Assembly (NCBI GenBank): GCA_029562045.1
Contig: JAKQWJ010000073.1
Span: forward strand, 1-31,404
Reading direction: 5' to 3'
Origin: Spirochaetota bacterium
GTDB lineage: Bacteria; Spirochaetota; Spirochaetia; DTKZ01
DNA: 31,404 nucleotides
The position numbers and the translations under genes were made by a program. This document shows positions 1 through 8,745 of this stretch, in pieces. Under the pieces are notes generated by a model. It saw only the letters and a program-made list of their open reading frames with translations, was not told where the DNA came from and made no database searches. Numbering within the stretch: position 1 is the stretch's first letter; every line of letters starts with the position of its first letter.

Positions 1-336
1 CAGGTCGATGGCGGCGGCGCGCTGGAAGGGCAGGGGGATGTTGGCCTTGTTGGCCGCCACCAGGGCCTGGCTCACCTTCACCACATTGCCTCGAGCCAGG
101 AAATGGGTTTCCAGGAGGTCCGAATCCACGGGGATTCCCGCCTTGGTCAGCATGATCCGGGCGTCCACGATGGCCGAGGAATTGACATGGCGGAGCCACA
201 TGCCCACCAGCCGGCCCATGCCCACCGGGGCTCCGGACAGAAGGGCCCGAAACCAGAGCCCGAAAAATTTCAGAAAAATGACCAGGAACCCGATGGCCAG
301 GACGCCGACAAAACCGAAAATGATCAAAGTTTCCAT
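1..336 (-). CDS. floA: Flotillin-like protein FloA (YqfA/UPF0365), 5' part only; runs off the window edge
   Basis: Not in the ORF track. Manual translation from ATG at 336 (SD AGGAGG): [112 protein letters not shown]. Contains FloA hallmark motifs (LETHxLAxGNV, LxxxRAAAIDL) and lies directly downstream of nfeD. Confidence 0.93.
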   Translation of the reverse strand, partial: METLIIFGFVGVLAIGFLVIFLKFFGLWFRALLSGAPVGMGRLVGMWLRHVNSSAIVDARIMLTKAGIPVDSDLLETHFLARGNVVKVSQALVAANKANIPLPFQRAAAIDL

Positions 337-344
337 GTATCCTC

Positions 345-1856
345 CTAAATCTTTTTAACCGTGATGCGGCTGCCCCGGACCCGAACCACCGTCACCGGGC
401 TCCCCTGGGGAATGAACTCGCCGTCCGCTTCCACTGCGTAGACCACCCCTTCGATCTCCGCCCGCCCCGACGGCCGCAGGGCGCTCACCGCCGTCCCGCC
501 CTTCCCCGCAAGATCCCGGGGAACCGTCTCGTCCTCCTGCGGACCCATGTCGGACAGCATCTCTTCGGAGCCGCCGGCGGTTCCCCGGATGGTGGTCTTC
601 AGCGTCAGCCTGTCGAAGAGCCTCAGTTTCGGCGCCCAGAGGGCTATGAGTCCGATTCCCGCCAGTCCCGCCACCAGAGCGGATATCACGATAAGGAGGT
701 TCCGGGACATGAGGCCCCACTCCCAGGGAGTGTCGGGGATGACGAAGTCCTGCATGGACAGAACCAGAGACGCGGCGATGAGAACGATGCCGGTGATGCC
801 GGTGATGCCGAAGCCGGGGATGATGAAAAGCTCGATGACCAGAAGGCCCACCCCCAGCAGAAAGAGCAGCAGCTCCAAGGACCCCAGGGTTCCCATCATG
901 GCGTTGCCGCCGAAGAGGGTGATGAAACAGATGACCGCCACCGTTCCGGGGATGCCGAAGCCGGGGGTGGATATTTCCAGAAACAGGGCCACCAGCCCGA
1001 TGAGGATCAGAAGCCCCTGAACGGGCCCGGAGGTGATGATGCCCACGATCCGGTCCGCCGGGCTTATCCGGACCTCCACCGCCTCACCGTCCGCCCCGAT
1101 TTTTCCCATCAGGTCGGCGAGATCCACCGCGGTCCCCCGGGAGAGGCCGTACCTCTCCGCCTCCCCGGCGGTGAGGGAGAGAAGCTTCCCTTTGGGGGAG
1201 ATCACCGCTCCCCGCTTCACCGAAGCGGGGCTCTCCTTCAGGAGGCGGTCCGCTTCTTCCGCGGTGACGGCCCGGTGATGCCCCGCCTCCACCACCTCCA
1301 CCAGTTCCACGTCCAGGTCCACCATGGCCAGGGCTATGGCGACGGGGTGGCCGTTTTTTTCCGCCAGGGCCGCCATCTGGGTCCGCACCGCGCTGACGGT
1401 TTTCTCCCCCGCCGCCTCGGTCTTTCCTTCGGCCCCCATGATCACCGGAGCGGCTGCGCCGATGGAGGTCCCCGGAGCCATATAGATCTCCCCGCAGCTC
1501 ATGGCGATCAATGCTCCGGCGGACCAGCTCACCCCCATGCCCCCGGGTCCGCTGCGGACATAGGCAATGGTTTCCGCATCCCCGATGGAGCCGATGTAGG
1601 AGGATATCAGCAGCGCCGAATCCACCCTGCCCCCGAAGGTGTCGATGTCGTAAACCAGGAAGCCCGCGCCGCCGTCCAAAGCCGCGGCGGACTGCCGTTT
1701 GACGAAGGCCACCATGGATGGCTCGATGTCGCCGTGAATCGGGATTACATAAGCCGGACCCGGGGGCCCCGCCGGGTTCCCGTCCGCCCCGTGGAGCGGG
1801 ACGACGAAAAAAAAGAGCGCCGCCACGGCGATGATCGATGCCGGTATCTGTCTCAC
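345..1856 (-). CDS. nfeD: NfeD-family membrane-bound serine protease (long form, YqeZ/NfeD1b-like)
   Basis: ClpP-like N-domain ([16 protein letters not shown]), hydrophobic TM region (PGFGIPG) and C-terminal OB fold ([11 protein letters not shown]). Start moved to GTG 1856, which follows SD GAGAGG and a sigma70 promoter. Confidence 0.92.
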   Translation of the reverse strand: MRQIPASIIAVAALFFFVVPLHGADGNPAGPPGPAYVIPIHGDIEPSMVAFVKRQSAAALDGGAGFLVYDIDTFGGRVDSALLISSYIGSIGDAETIAYVRSGPGGMGVSWSAGALIAMSCGEIYMAPGTSIGAAAPVIMGAEGKTEAAGEKTVSAVRTQMAALAEKNGHPVAIALAMVDLDVELVEVVEAGHHRAVTAEEADRLLKESPASVKRGAVISPKGKLLSLTAGEAERYGLSRGTAVDLADLMGKIGADGEAVEVRISPADRIVGIITSGPVQGLLILIGLVALFLEISTPGFGIPGTVAVICFITLFGGNAMMGTLGSLELLLFLLGVGLLVIELFIIPGFGITGITGIVLIAASLVLSMQDFVIPDTPWEWGLMSRNLLIVISALVAGLAGIGLIALWAPKLRLFDRLTLKTTIRGTAGGSEEMLSDMGPQEDETVPRDLAGKGGTAVSALRPSGRAEIEGVVYAVEADGEFIPQGSPVTVVRVRGSRITVKKI

Positions 1857-1875
1857 CTGTTCCTCTCTTGGCTTT

Positions 1876-1904
1876 AATATAGGAAAAATCCCGGCTTTTC
1901 TCAA
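1876..1904 (-). promoter_or_regulatory. sigma70 promoter of nfeD-floA
   Basis: TTGAGA-17 nt-TATATT on the minus strand. Confidence 0.7.
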
Positions 1905-1931
1905 GAATTATCGCACCCCCCGGGGGATATT

Positions 1932-1960
1932 TTGCCTTTTTCCCCGGTTTCCGCTATAGT
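1932..1960 (+). promoter_or_regulatory. sigma70 promoter of the DUF2161 gene (leaderless geometry)
   Basis: TTGCCT-17-TATAGT, then 6 nt to ATG 1967; no SD. Confidence 0.7.
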
Positions 1961-1966
1961 GGGATC

Positions 1967-2686
1967 ATGCCGAGTCCGCTGCGCGAAACCGATCTCTACC
2001 CCCCGGTGGCGGAATTCCTGGAAAAATCCGGCTACACCGTCCACGCCGAGGTCGCCGGCTCGGATATAACCGCCCTGCGGGACGGGGAAATCCTGGTGGT
2101 GGAGCTGAAGGTACGATTCAACCTGGATCTGGTGTTGCAGGCCGTCCGGCGTCAGCAGACCGCGGACCAGGTCTATGTGGCGGTGCCGCTGCGGGGGGGG
2201 CGGCCCTACCCTCCCCGCTGGGGCCTCGTCCGGGATCTCTTCCGGCGTCTGGGGGCGGGGGTCCTCTTTGTCCGCTTCCGGGGGAAGGAAGCTCCCGTCG
2301 TCGAAACCGCCCTGCCTCCGGGGGATGGCCGGGGGACGAAGAGGCCCTCGATCCGGAAGGCCCTGCTGCGGGAAATCCAGGGCCGGGGCGGGAACTTCAA
2401 CGTCGGGGGCTCCTCGGGCCGTCCCATAGTGACCGCCTACCGCACCGAAACCCTACGGATCGCCGAACTGCTTCGGGACGGGGAGCTCTCCCCCAAGGCG
2501 CTCCGGGATCGGGGAGCGGGTCCTAAATGCCCGGACATTCTGCGCAGAAACCACTACCGGTGGTTCGAAAAGGTCTCCCGGGGGCTGTACCGTCTTTCCC
2601 CCGCCGGGCGGGAGGCCCTGGAGCGCTACGGTGAGGTGCTCCGGGCGGCCGGCGGGGCAGCGGCCCCGCCGGCCGCCCGGCGTTGA
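1967..2686 (+). CDS. DUF2161-family putative PD-(D/E)XK nuclease-fold protein
   Basis: N-terminal ETDLYPPV, EV..D, VVELK (nuclease-like ExK), QAV.RQ, and C-terminal AYR..ALR / NHY.WFE.V.RG.Y.L, all typical of DUF2161. Confidence 0.85.
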   Translation: MPSPLRETDLYPPVAEFLEKSGYTVHAEVAGSDITALRDGEILVVELKVRFNLDLVLQAVRRQQTADQVYVAVPLRGGRPYPPRWGLVRDLFRRLGAGVLFVRFRGKEAPVVETALPPGDGRGTKRPSIRKALLREIQGRGGNFNVGGSSGRPIVTAYRTETLRIAELLRDGELSPKALRDRGAGPKCPDILRRNHYRWFEKVSRGLYRLSPAGREALERYGEVLRAAGGAAAPPAARR

Positions 2687-2711
2687 CAGCCCCTATCTTT
2701 CGATTTAAGCT
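2683..2711 (+). promoter_or_regulatory. sigma70 promoter of the hexuronate operon
   Basis: TTGACA (contains the TGA stop of the DUF2161 gene)-17-TAAGCT, upstream of SD GGAGGG and ATG 2749. Confidence 0.7.
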
Positions 2712-2748
2712 GGAACGAGAAAATTTCAACTCGTCGTCGGGAGGGCTC

Positions 2749-3570
2749 ATGAATTACATCGAAAAAATGTTCGGCCTGGAAGGCAAGAATGTCGTCATCA
2801 CCGGGGGGGCGGGCGTCATCGCCGGAACCCTGGCGGAGGCTCTGGTCAGGGCGGGGGCGAAGGTCTGCCTCTGGGGCCGGGGAACCAACCACCCCGTGGC
2901 GGACGCGGTGAAGAAGGTCGCCGACGCGTCGGGGAAACCCGCCATGGTCTTCGGGGTCACGGTGGATACCGGGGTCGAGGAGGACGTCAGGAAGGCCATC
3001 GCCGAAACGGAAAAACTCATGGGGCCTCCCAATGTCCTCATAAACGGCGCCGGAGGAAACAAGGGCAAGGCGCCCTTCGTGGACCTGGACGTGAATCTTT
3101 TCAACGAGATCGTGGACATGAACATCCTGGCGGGGCTGGTGATTCCCACCAAACACATGGCCTCCTACTGGATCGGCAGGGGGATCAAGGGCTCCATCAT
3201 CAACATGACCTCCATGGCCTCCTACATCCCCCTTTCGGGGACCTGGGCTTACGGCGCGGCGAAATCCGCTACGCTGAACCTGACCATGGCCACCGCCAAG
3301 GAGTTCGCTCCCTACGGGATCCGGGTCAACGCGGTGGCGCCGGGTTTCTTCATCGGGCACCAGAACAAGGCTCTGCTCATCAAGAACGAGGCCACGGGGG
3401 AACTCACCGAACGGGGCAAGGCGGTGATCGGCCACACTCCCTTCGGCCGCTTCGGCAACCACGATGAACTGGCGGGGGCGACGATCTTCCTGATCAGCGA
3501 CGCCGCCTCGGGCTTCGTCACGGGCGTGTCGCTGCCGGTGGACGGAGGCTATCTCGTCCACAACATTTAG
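2749..3570 (+). CDS. uxuB: SDR-family oxidoreductase, probable D-mannonate oxidoreductase/fructuronate reductase (UxuB-like)
   Basis: TGGAGVIA Rossmann motif, INGAGGN, YxxxK (YGAAK), RVNAVAPGFF..QNKALL, GHTPFGRFG; adjacent to uxaC. Start at ATG 2749 after SD. Confidence 0.8.
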   Translation: MNYIEKMFGLEGKNVVITGGAGVIAGTLAEALVRAGAKVCLWGRGTNHPVADAVKKVADASGKPAMVFGVTVDTGVEEDVRKAIAETEKLMGPPNVLINGAGGNKGKAPFVDLDVNLFNEIVDMNILAGLVIPTKHMASYWIGRGIKGSIINMTSMASYIPLSGTWAYGAAKSATLNLTMATAKEFAPYGIRVNAVAPGFFIGHQNKALLIKNEATGELTERGKAVIGHTPFGRFGNHDELAGATIFLISDAASGFVTGVSLPVDGGYLVHNI

Positions 3571-3579
3571 GGGCACACC

Positions 3580-4992
3580 ATGAACAATTTCCTCGACGAA
3601 AACTTCCTTCTCGGCTCCGACACCGCCCGGGAACTGTACCACTCCTTCGCGAAGCCCATGCCCATCTTCGACTATCACTGCCATCTCCCCCCCCGGGAGG
3701 TGGCGGAGAACAAGAACTTCCTCAACCTCACGGACATCTGGCTGAAGGGGGACCACTACAAATGGCGGGCCATGCGGGCCGCGGGGGTGGACGAGAAGCT
3801 CATCACCGGGGACGCGTCGGACGAAGAGAAGTTCCTCGCCTGGGCCCGCACGGTTCCGAAAACCCTGGGCAATCCTCTCTTCTCCTGGACCCACCTGGAG
3901 CTGAAGCGCTACTTCGGAATCGAAGGCATGGTTCTTTCCCCCGACACGGCCCGGGAGGTCTGGGACCGGGCCAACGGGCAGCTGTCGGGTCCGGGCTTCA
4001 GACCCCGGGCCATCATGGAAAAGTTCCGGGTCAAGCTGGTCTGCACCACCGACGACCCCGCCGACGACCTGGCCTGGCACAGGATGGTGGCCGCCGACCC
4101 GTCCATGACGACCCGGATGCTCCCCGCCTACCGGCCGGATCAGGCCATGGACCCGGAAAACGCGGCGCGGTACAACGCCTACCTGGAAACCCTGGGGACG
4201 GCGGCGGGGCTTTCCATCAGGACCTTCGCGGATCTGGTGGAGGCCCTGGACAAACGGCACCGCTTCTTTCACGAAAACGGATGCCGCCTCACCGATCACG
4301 CCCTGGTGGTTCTCCCCACGGAATCCCTGTCCGCCGGGGACCTGGAGGCGGCCTTCCGGAAGGTCCGGGACGGGAAAAACCCCTCCCCCGCCGAAGCCGA
4401 CGGGATCCGATTCGCCGTGCTCCAGGCGGTGGCCCGGATGAACGCCCGCCGGGGCTGGACCATGCAGCTCCATCTGGGGGCGGTGCGGAACATCAACAGC
4501 CGGATGTTCGCCGCCCTGGGGGCCAACACGGGCTACGACGCCATGGGCGACGGGCCGGTGGCCACGGGACTGGTGAAACTCCTGGACTCCCTGGAGAAAA
4601 CCGGCGAGCTTCCCCGGACCATCCTGTACAGCCTGAACCCCCGGGACAACGAAGTTCTCCTTACCATAGCGGGAAGTTTCCAGGGGGACATCCCCGGCAA
4701 GATGCAGCTGGGTTCGGGCTGGTGGTACAACGACCAGAAGGACGGCATGGAGGAGCAGATGCGGACCCTGGCCAACATGGGTCTTCTGTCGGTCTTCGTG
4801 GGGATGCTCACCGACTCCCGGAGCTTCATGTCCTATCCCAGACACGAGTATTTCCGCCGGGTTCTCTGCGGGATCCTGGGAGGCTGGGTCGACGCGGGGG
4901 AGGCTCCCAGGGATCTGCGCCTCCTGGGAGGCATGGTGGAGGATATCTGCTACAACAACGCGAAAAACTATTTCCACATGTCCGTGGATTGA
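3580..4992 (+). CDS. uxaC: Glucuronate (uronate) isomerase
   Basis: PIFDYHCHL, GDHYKWRAMR, CTTDDP.D, WWYNDQKDGM, GMLTDSRSF.SYPRHEYFRR motifs. Confidence 0.97.
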   Translation: MNNFLDENFLLGSDTARELYHSFAKPMPIFDYHCHLPPREVAENKNFLNLTDIWLKGDHYKWRAMRAAGVDEKLITGDASDEEKFLAWARTVPKTLGNPLFSWTHLELKRYFGIEGMVLSPDTAREVWDRANGQLSGPGFRPRAIMEKFRVKLVCTTDDPADDLAWHRMVAADPSMTTRMLPAYRPDQAMDPENAARYNAYLETLGTAAGLSIRTFADLVEALDKRHRFFHENGCRLTDHALVVLPTESLSAGDLEAAFRKVRDGKNPSPAEADGIRFAVLQAVARMNARRGWTMQLHLGAVRNINSRMFAALGANTGYDAMGDGPVATGLVKLLDSLEKTGELPRTILYSLNPRDNEVLLTIAGSFQGDIPGKMQLGSGWWYNDQKDGMEEQMRTLANMGLLSVFVGMLTDSRSFMSYPRHEYFRRVLCGILGGWVDAGEAPRDLRLLGGMVEDICYNNAKNYFHMSVD

Positions 4993-5005
4993 AGGAGACT
5001 ACTCG

Positions 5006-6253
5006 ATGAAAAAACTGGAAAAATATTCCTTCGGCGTGGGGGACCGCTTCACCCGGCAGGGCAGGGCCCAGCTGGCGGCCCTCCTGGAGGCGAAAAAACT
5101 GGGGGTGGACATCGTTCCGGTATGGAACAAGTCCTTCCGGGAGCACTCGATCATTCACACCCAGCCCGACTCGGTCCGGGCCGAGGCGGACGCGGCGGTG
5201 AAGGCTCTGGGCTGGAAGAACGGGTACTACGTGGACGCCGACCACATCGGCCTGAAAAACGTGGACCTCTTCATCTCCGCCAGCGATTTCTTCACCCTGG
5301 ACGTGGCGGACTTCTCCGGGAAACCCGCCGACCAGGGGAGCGTCGCGGACTTCATCGCGGCGCACCGCAGGTATATCGGCAAGCTCCGGGTGGAGGGCAT
5401 CGATCATCCTCTGGACATCACCGAAGGGGTCATCGAAAGCGCCGCCCGGAAGTATCTGCTGGCGGTGCAGGAGGCGGGAAAGATATACCGCCATGTGGAG
5501 GCGAAGAAGGGAAAGGGGAACTTCATCACCGAGGTCTCCATCGACGAAACCGACGCGCCCCAGAGCCCGGTGGAGATGCTCTTCATCCTCTCCGCCGTGG
5601 CCAGGGAGGGGATCCCCGCCCAGACTGTGGCCCCCAAGTTCACCGGCCGCTTCAACAAGGGGGTGGACTATGTGGGAGACCTGGTCCAGTTCGAAAAGGA
5701 GTTCAACGAGGATCTGGCGATCATCGCCTTCGCCGTCCGGGAGTTCGGCCTGCCCGGGAACCTGAAGCTCAGCGTCCACTCGGGGAGTGACAAGTTTTCG
5801 ATATACCCCGCCATCCGGAAGGCCATCAAGAAGCGCGACGCGGGCCTTCATCTGAAAACCGCCGGCACCACCTGGCTGGAAGAGCTCATCGGCCTGGCCT
5901 GCGCCGGCGGCGAGGGGCTGGTCATCGCCAAAGAAGTGTACCGCAAGGCCCACGGCCGCTACGATGAGCTCTGCGGTCCCTACGCCTCGGTCATCGACAT
6001 CGACAAGACGAGGCTCCCCTCCCCGGACGAGGTGGACCTCTGGGACGAAAAGAAGTACTCCGAAACCCTGCGCCACGTGCAGTCCAACCGGAACTACAAC
6101 CTCCACGTCCGCCAGCTCCTGCATGTGGGCTACAAGGTGGCCGCCGAAATGGGAGACCGCTATTACCGGGCCCTGGAGGATCACGAGGAGGTCATCGCCC
6201 ACAATGTCACCGAGAACCTCTTCGACCGCCACATAAAACGGGTGTTCGTTTAA
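5006..6253 (+). CDS. uxaE: Tagaturonate/fructuronate epimerase (UxaE family)
   Basis: DADH, EVSIDET, KGVDYVGD, KLSVHSGSDKF and HLKTAGTTWLEE motifs; operon context with uxaC. Confidence 0.88.
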   Translation: MKKLEKYSFGVGDRFTRQGRAQLAALLEAKKLGVDIVPVWNKSFREHSIIHTQPDSVRAEADAAVKALGWKNGYYVDADHIGLKNVDLFISASDFFTLDVADFSGKPADQGSVADFIAAHRRYIGKLRVEGIDHPLDITEGVIESAARKYLLAVQEAGKIYRHVEAKKGKGNFITEVSIDETDAPQSPVEMLFILSAVAREGIPAQTVAPKFTGRFNKGVDYVGDLVQFEKEFNEDLAIIAFAVREFGLPGNLKLSVHSGSDKFSIYPAIRKAIKKRDAGLHLKTAGTTWLEELIGLACAGGEGLVIAKEVYRKAHGRYDELCGPYASVIDIDKTRLPSPDEVDLWDEKKYSETLRHVQSNRNYNLHVRQLLHVGYKVAAEMGDRYYRALEDHEEVIAHNVTENLFDRHIKRVFV

Positions 6254-6257
6254 ACAG

Positions 6258-6288
6258 AAAAGGCCCCCGGAAACGGGGGCCTTTTTTT
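6258..6288. terminator. Bidirectional intrinsic terminator between uxaE and the DUF401 gene
   Basis: AAAAGGCCCCCG-GAAA-CGGGGGCCTTTT followed by further Ts; perfect stem with GNRA loop and A/T tracts on both sides. Confidence 0.93.
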
Positions 6289-6347
6289 CGGTTCCGGCGG
6301 CCCGGGCGACGCCTGTCCCGGGGCCCGGTCAAGGCCTGCCCCGGTGC

Positions 6348-7625
6348 TCAGGCGAGGCCGGACAGCAGAAAGGAGTACCCCGCCGCCACGCCGAAGACCA
6401 CCGCCGCGGGGCGGAGGATGCCCGCCAGACTGCTCATCAGATTGGTCTTGAAGTACTCGTTGGTCACGATGAGACAGACATGGATGGGGCTCAACATCAT
6501 CCCCAGAAAGCCGCTGGCGTGCCCCAGCACCACCATGGACAGCAGCGCCCCGGGTGCGGGATCGGCCCCGGCGAGGCGGAGGATGACGGGAAAGCTGGCC
6601 CCGATGTAGCCCACAGTTATGCCCGTGGTCAGGCCGCTGACGAAGGGGATCAGCACCACCAGGGCGACCACGGGAATCCCGAAGGTGTCCAGTTCCTCCC
6701 GGATGGCGTCCATCAGCAGGATGCCCCCGGGCATTTCGGATTCGATGAAGGCCCCATACACCCGGGCCAGGACGATGATGATCGCCAGGCTCAGGGTCCG
6801 TCGGGACTTCAGGACCCGCATCCAGACCTCCCGGGAGGAGGGCCGCTGGATCTGCAGGACCAGAATCCCGGAGAAGACACCGATCACCATGGGGAGGTAT
6901 TTATTGAAGGCCGCTACGGGCGGGGCAAGGATCAGGATAAGACCATAGACGACGATGACCGTCAGGGTGGGAAGGATCAGCGGCAGAAAGGCCTTCCCCG
7001 GTCCGGAGGGGCTGGATTCGGGCCGCACCTTCCGGAGCAGAAAGACATAGCCTGCCAGGAGGGCGGCGGCATACAGGGGGAGCATCATCACCACGAAGAA
7101 CCAGATGGGCAGCCCCGACAGGTCCACCGCCAGCAGCACCCCCGGGTAGAGGGGCCACCAGAACTCCCAGACATGGCGGAACCAGTAGTTGATCCTGACT
7201 TTTTCCATGCCGCTGAGATGGTTCTCCCGGTCCGCATCGTCCAGGAGGGGGGCGGAAAAGAGGGCCCCCGCGGGCATGGGGAGGAGCCCCACCACTCCGG
7301 GGAGTGCCGCCAGAGTGGCCCTTTTGGAGAGCCGGGTCCGCAGGCTGGACACCAGATCCTTCATCGTGCCCGCCTCGGACATCAGGGAACTCAACCAGAT
7401 GACCCCGACGATGATGAGGACCAGAAAGAAATTGTCCGGCGAAAAAGCCCGGGCCCCGGCCACCCGGGCCATGGACGCGGGGGAATGTCCGGTCCAGACC
7501 GCCAGAAGGACAATCCCCGCAGCCAGAGCAGTTTCGAGGCTTTTCGTGAGCTTCTGCACCGCCAGGATTCCCAGGAGGGAGGCGAAGACCCGCAGAATAT
7601 AGGGGACATGGGAAAATATTTCCAT
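6348..7625 (-). CDS. DUF401-family integral membrane protein (putative transporter)
   Basis: About 10-11 hydrophobic segments; LPGVVGLLPMPAGALFSAP, INYWFRHVWEFWWPLYPG and LSPIHVCL motifs. Confidence 0.85.
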   Translation of the reverse strand: MEIFSHVPYILRVFASLLGILAVQKLTKSLETALAAGIVLLAVWTGHSPASMARVAGARAFSPDNFFLVLIIVGVIWLSSLMSEAGTMKDLVSSLRTRLSKRATLAALPGVVGLLPMPAGALFSAPLLDDADRENHLSGMEKVRINYWFRHVWEFWWPLYPGVLLAVDLSGLPIWFFVVMMLPLYAAALLAGYVFLLRKVRPESSPSGPGKAFLPLILPTLTVIVVYGLILILAPPVAAFNKYLPMVIGVFSGILVLQIQRPSSREVWMRVLKSRRTLSLAIIIVLARVYGAFIESEMPGGILLMDAIREELDTFGIPVVALVVLIPFVSGLTTGITVGYIGASFPVILRLAGADPAPGALLSMVVLGHASGFLGMMLSPIHVCLIVTNEYFKTNLMSSLAGILRPAAVVFGVAAGYSFLLSGLA

Positions 7626-7660
7626 ACGAACTCATCCTTGAACCGGAATCGGAAAAAATG

Positions 7661-7689
7661 AGTTTATCCCAAAAAAGGCAACCCTTCAA
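7661..7689 (-). promoter_or_regulatory. sigma70 promoter of the DUF401 gene
   Basis: TTGAAG-17-TAAACT on the minus strand. Confidence 0.6.
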
Positions 7690-7712
7690 CCGCCCTTTTT
7701 CACCGAAAAACA

Positions 7713-7741
7713 TTGACAAGCCCGCCGGGCCGGTCTAGGAT
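7713..7741 (+). promoter_or_regulatory. sigma70 promoter of the DUF2148 gene (leaderless geometry)
   Basis: TTGACA-17-TAGGAT, then 7 nt to ATG 7749; no SD. Confidence 0.8.
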
Positions 7742-7748
7742 TCGGGGC

Positions 7749-8276
7749 ATGAAATACGAGACACAGCATCTGGAAGGCGAGGAGGTCCTCGCCATCGCCC
7801 GCGCCGCCGCCGTGGCGGCGCGCACCGCACCCAAGGCCCGGGGGATCGACGACATCCTGACCCTGGTCCTCACGGGAGCGGAGAAGGACCGGCTCGCCGA
7901 CGAGGTCCTGCGGATCGGGGAGGAAAAAGGGATCGGCATCTTTGTCCGGGACTCGAAGAATCTCCGCGGCGCGGGGGCGGTCCTCCTGGTGGGGGTGAGA
8001 AACAAGGTCCGGGAGGTCCCGAACTGCGGGTACTGCGGCTACCCCGACTGCACGGCCAACGCCCGGGCGGGCGGGGTCTGCGCCATGTGCGTCACGGACC
8101 TGGGCATAGCCGTCGGTTCCGCCGCCTCCGTGGCCGCCGACCGCAGGGCCGACACCCGGGTGATGTTCACCATCGGCAAGGCCGCCCTGGGCATGGGACT
8201 TCTCCCCGACGCCGCGGCGGCCTTCGCGCTGCCCTTCACCATCGCCGGCAAGAACCCCTTCTTCGATCGGAAGTGA
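7749..8276 (+). CDS. DUF2148-family ferredoxin-domain (Fe-S) protein
   Basis: ARTAPKARG.D, RDSKN, NCGYCGYPDC, C...DLGIAVGSA and KNPFFDR motifs; start at ATG 7749. Confidence 0.88.
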   Translation: MKYETQHLEGEEVLAIARAAAVAARTAPKARGIDDILTLVLTGAEKDRLADEVLRIGEEKGIGIFVRDSKNLRGAGAVLLVGVRNKVREVPNCGYCGYPDCTANARAGGVCAMCVTDLGIAVGSAASVAADRRADTRVMFTIGKAALGMGLLPDAAAAFALPFTIAGKNPFFDRK

Positions 8277-8472
8277 TTCCGCCGGGGGCCCCGGTGAGTC
8301 CGGAACCCCGGATCCGGAACCGGCCCGGACCAACCCGGGAACCCCGACGGTCCGCCGATGAGCCGCCGGGGGGACGGTTCCCGGAGGGGCCTCCCGGCGG
8401 GCCCCCGCGATGCCCCGGTCAAGCTCCGGGGAGCCGGGCGCGCCGCCGGGGACAGCGCGCCGCCCGGGGCCG

Positions 8473-8745
8473 TCAGACCAGTTCCACCGCCAGTTCCGGG
8501 AACTCCTTCTGAAACTCGCCGGCCAGTTCCCGCATCAGGCCCTGGCGCACCACGGCGGTCACCATGCCGGCGCAGAAGCATTTCTGCCGCGCCTCGGGGT
8601 GGCCCACCTCCACCAGGAGCCTCTTTTCCGCCGCGCCGTAACTCACCTTCCGGACCAGCCCCAGATCCAGAACGCTGAGCCGGGTCTCCGGTTCCTTCAC
8701 CTTCGACAGGACGAGATCAATCCGCCTTTTCATTTCCGGGTCCAT
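8473..8745 (-). CDS. DUF59 (SufT/PaaD/MIP18-like) small protein with a CxC motif
   Basis: V.EPE...SVLDLGLV matches the DUF59 DPE...DLGLV signature; SD AAGGAGG; last gene of the cstA operon. Confidence 0.75.
   Translation of the reverse strand: MDPEMKRRIDLVLSKVKEPETRLSVLDLGLVRKVSYGAAEKRLLVEVGHPEARQKCFCAGMVTAVVRQGLMRELAGEFQKEFPELAVELV

Noticed and set aside
1967-2686. DUF2161 nuclease-fold gene as part of a defence or restriction system
   Set aside because: Stand-alone gene with no methyltransferase, toxin-antitoxin partner or mobile context; flanked by housekeeping genes
2626-4977. 783-aa minus-strand ORF (and similar long antisense ORFs: 4826..6232, 6480..7661, 10603..12429, 14714..16165, 16068..17420, 20292..22286)
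   Set aside because: Antisense shadows of well-supported genes; long stop-free reverse frames are expected at this GC content and codon bias; no family motifs
8277-8472. GC-rich convergent intergenic region with scattered palindromes and short ORFs
   Set aside because: No regular repeat unit, no U-tract terminator and no coding signal; compatible with chance pairing at very high GC
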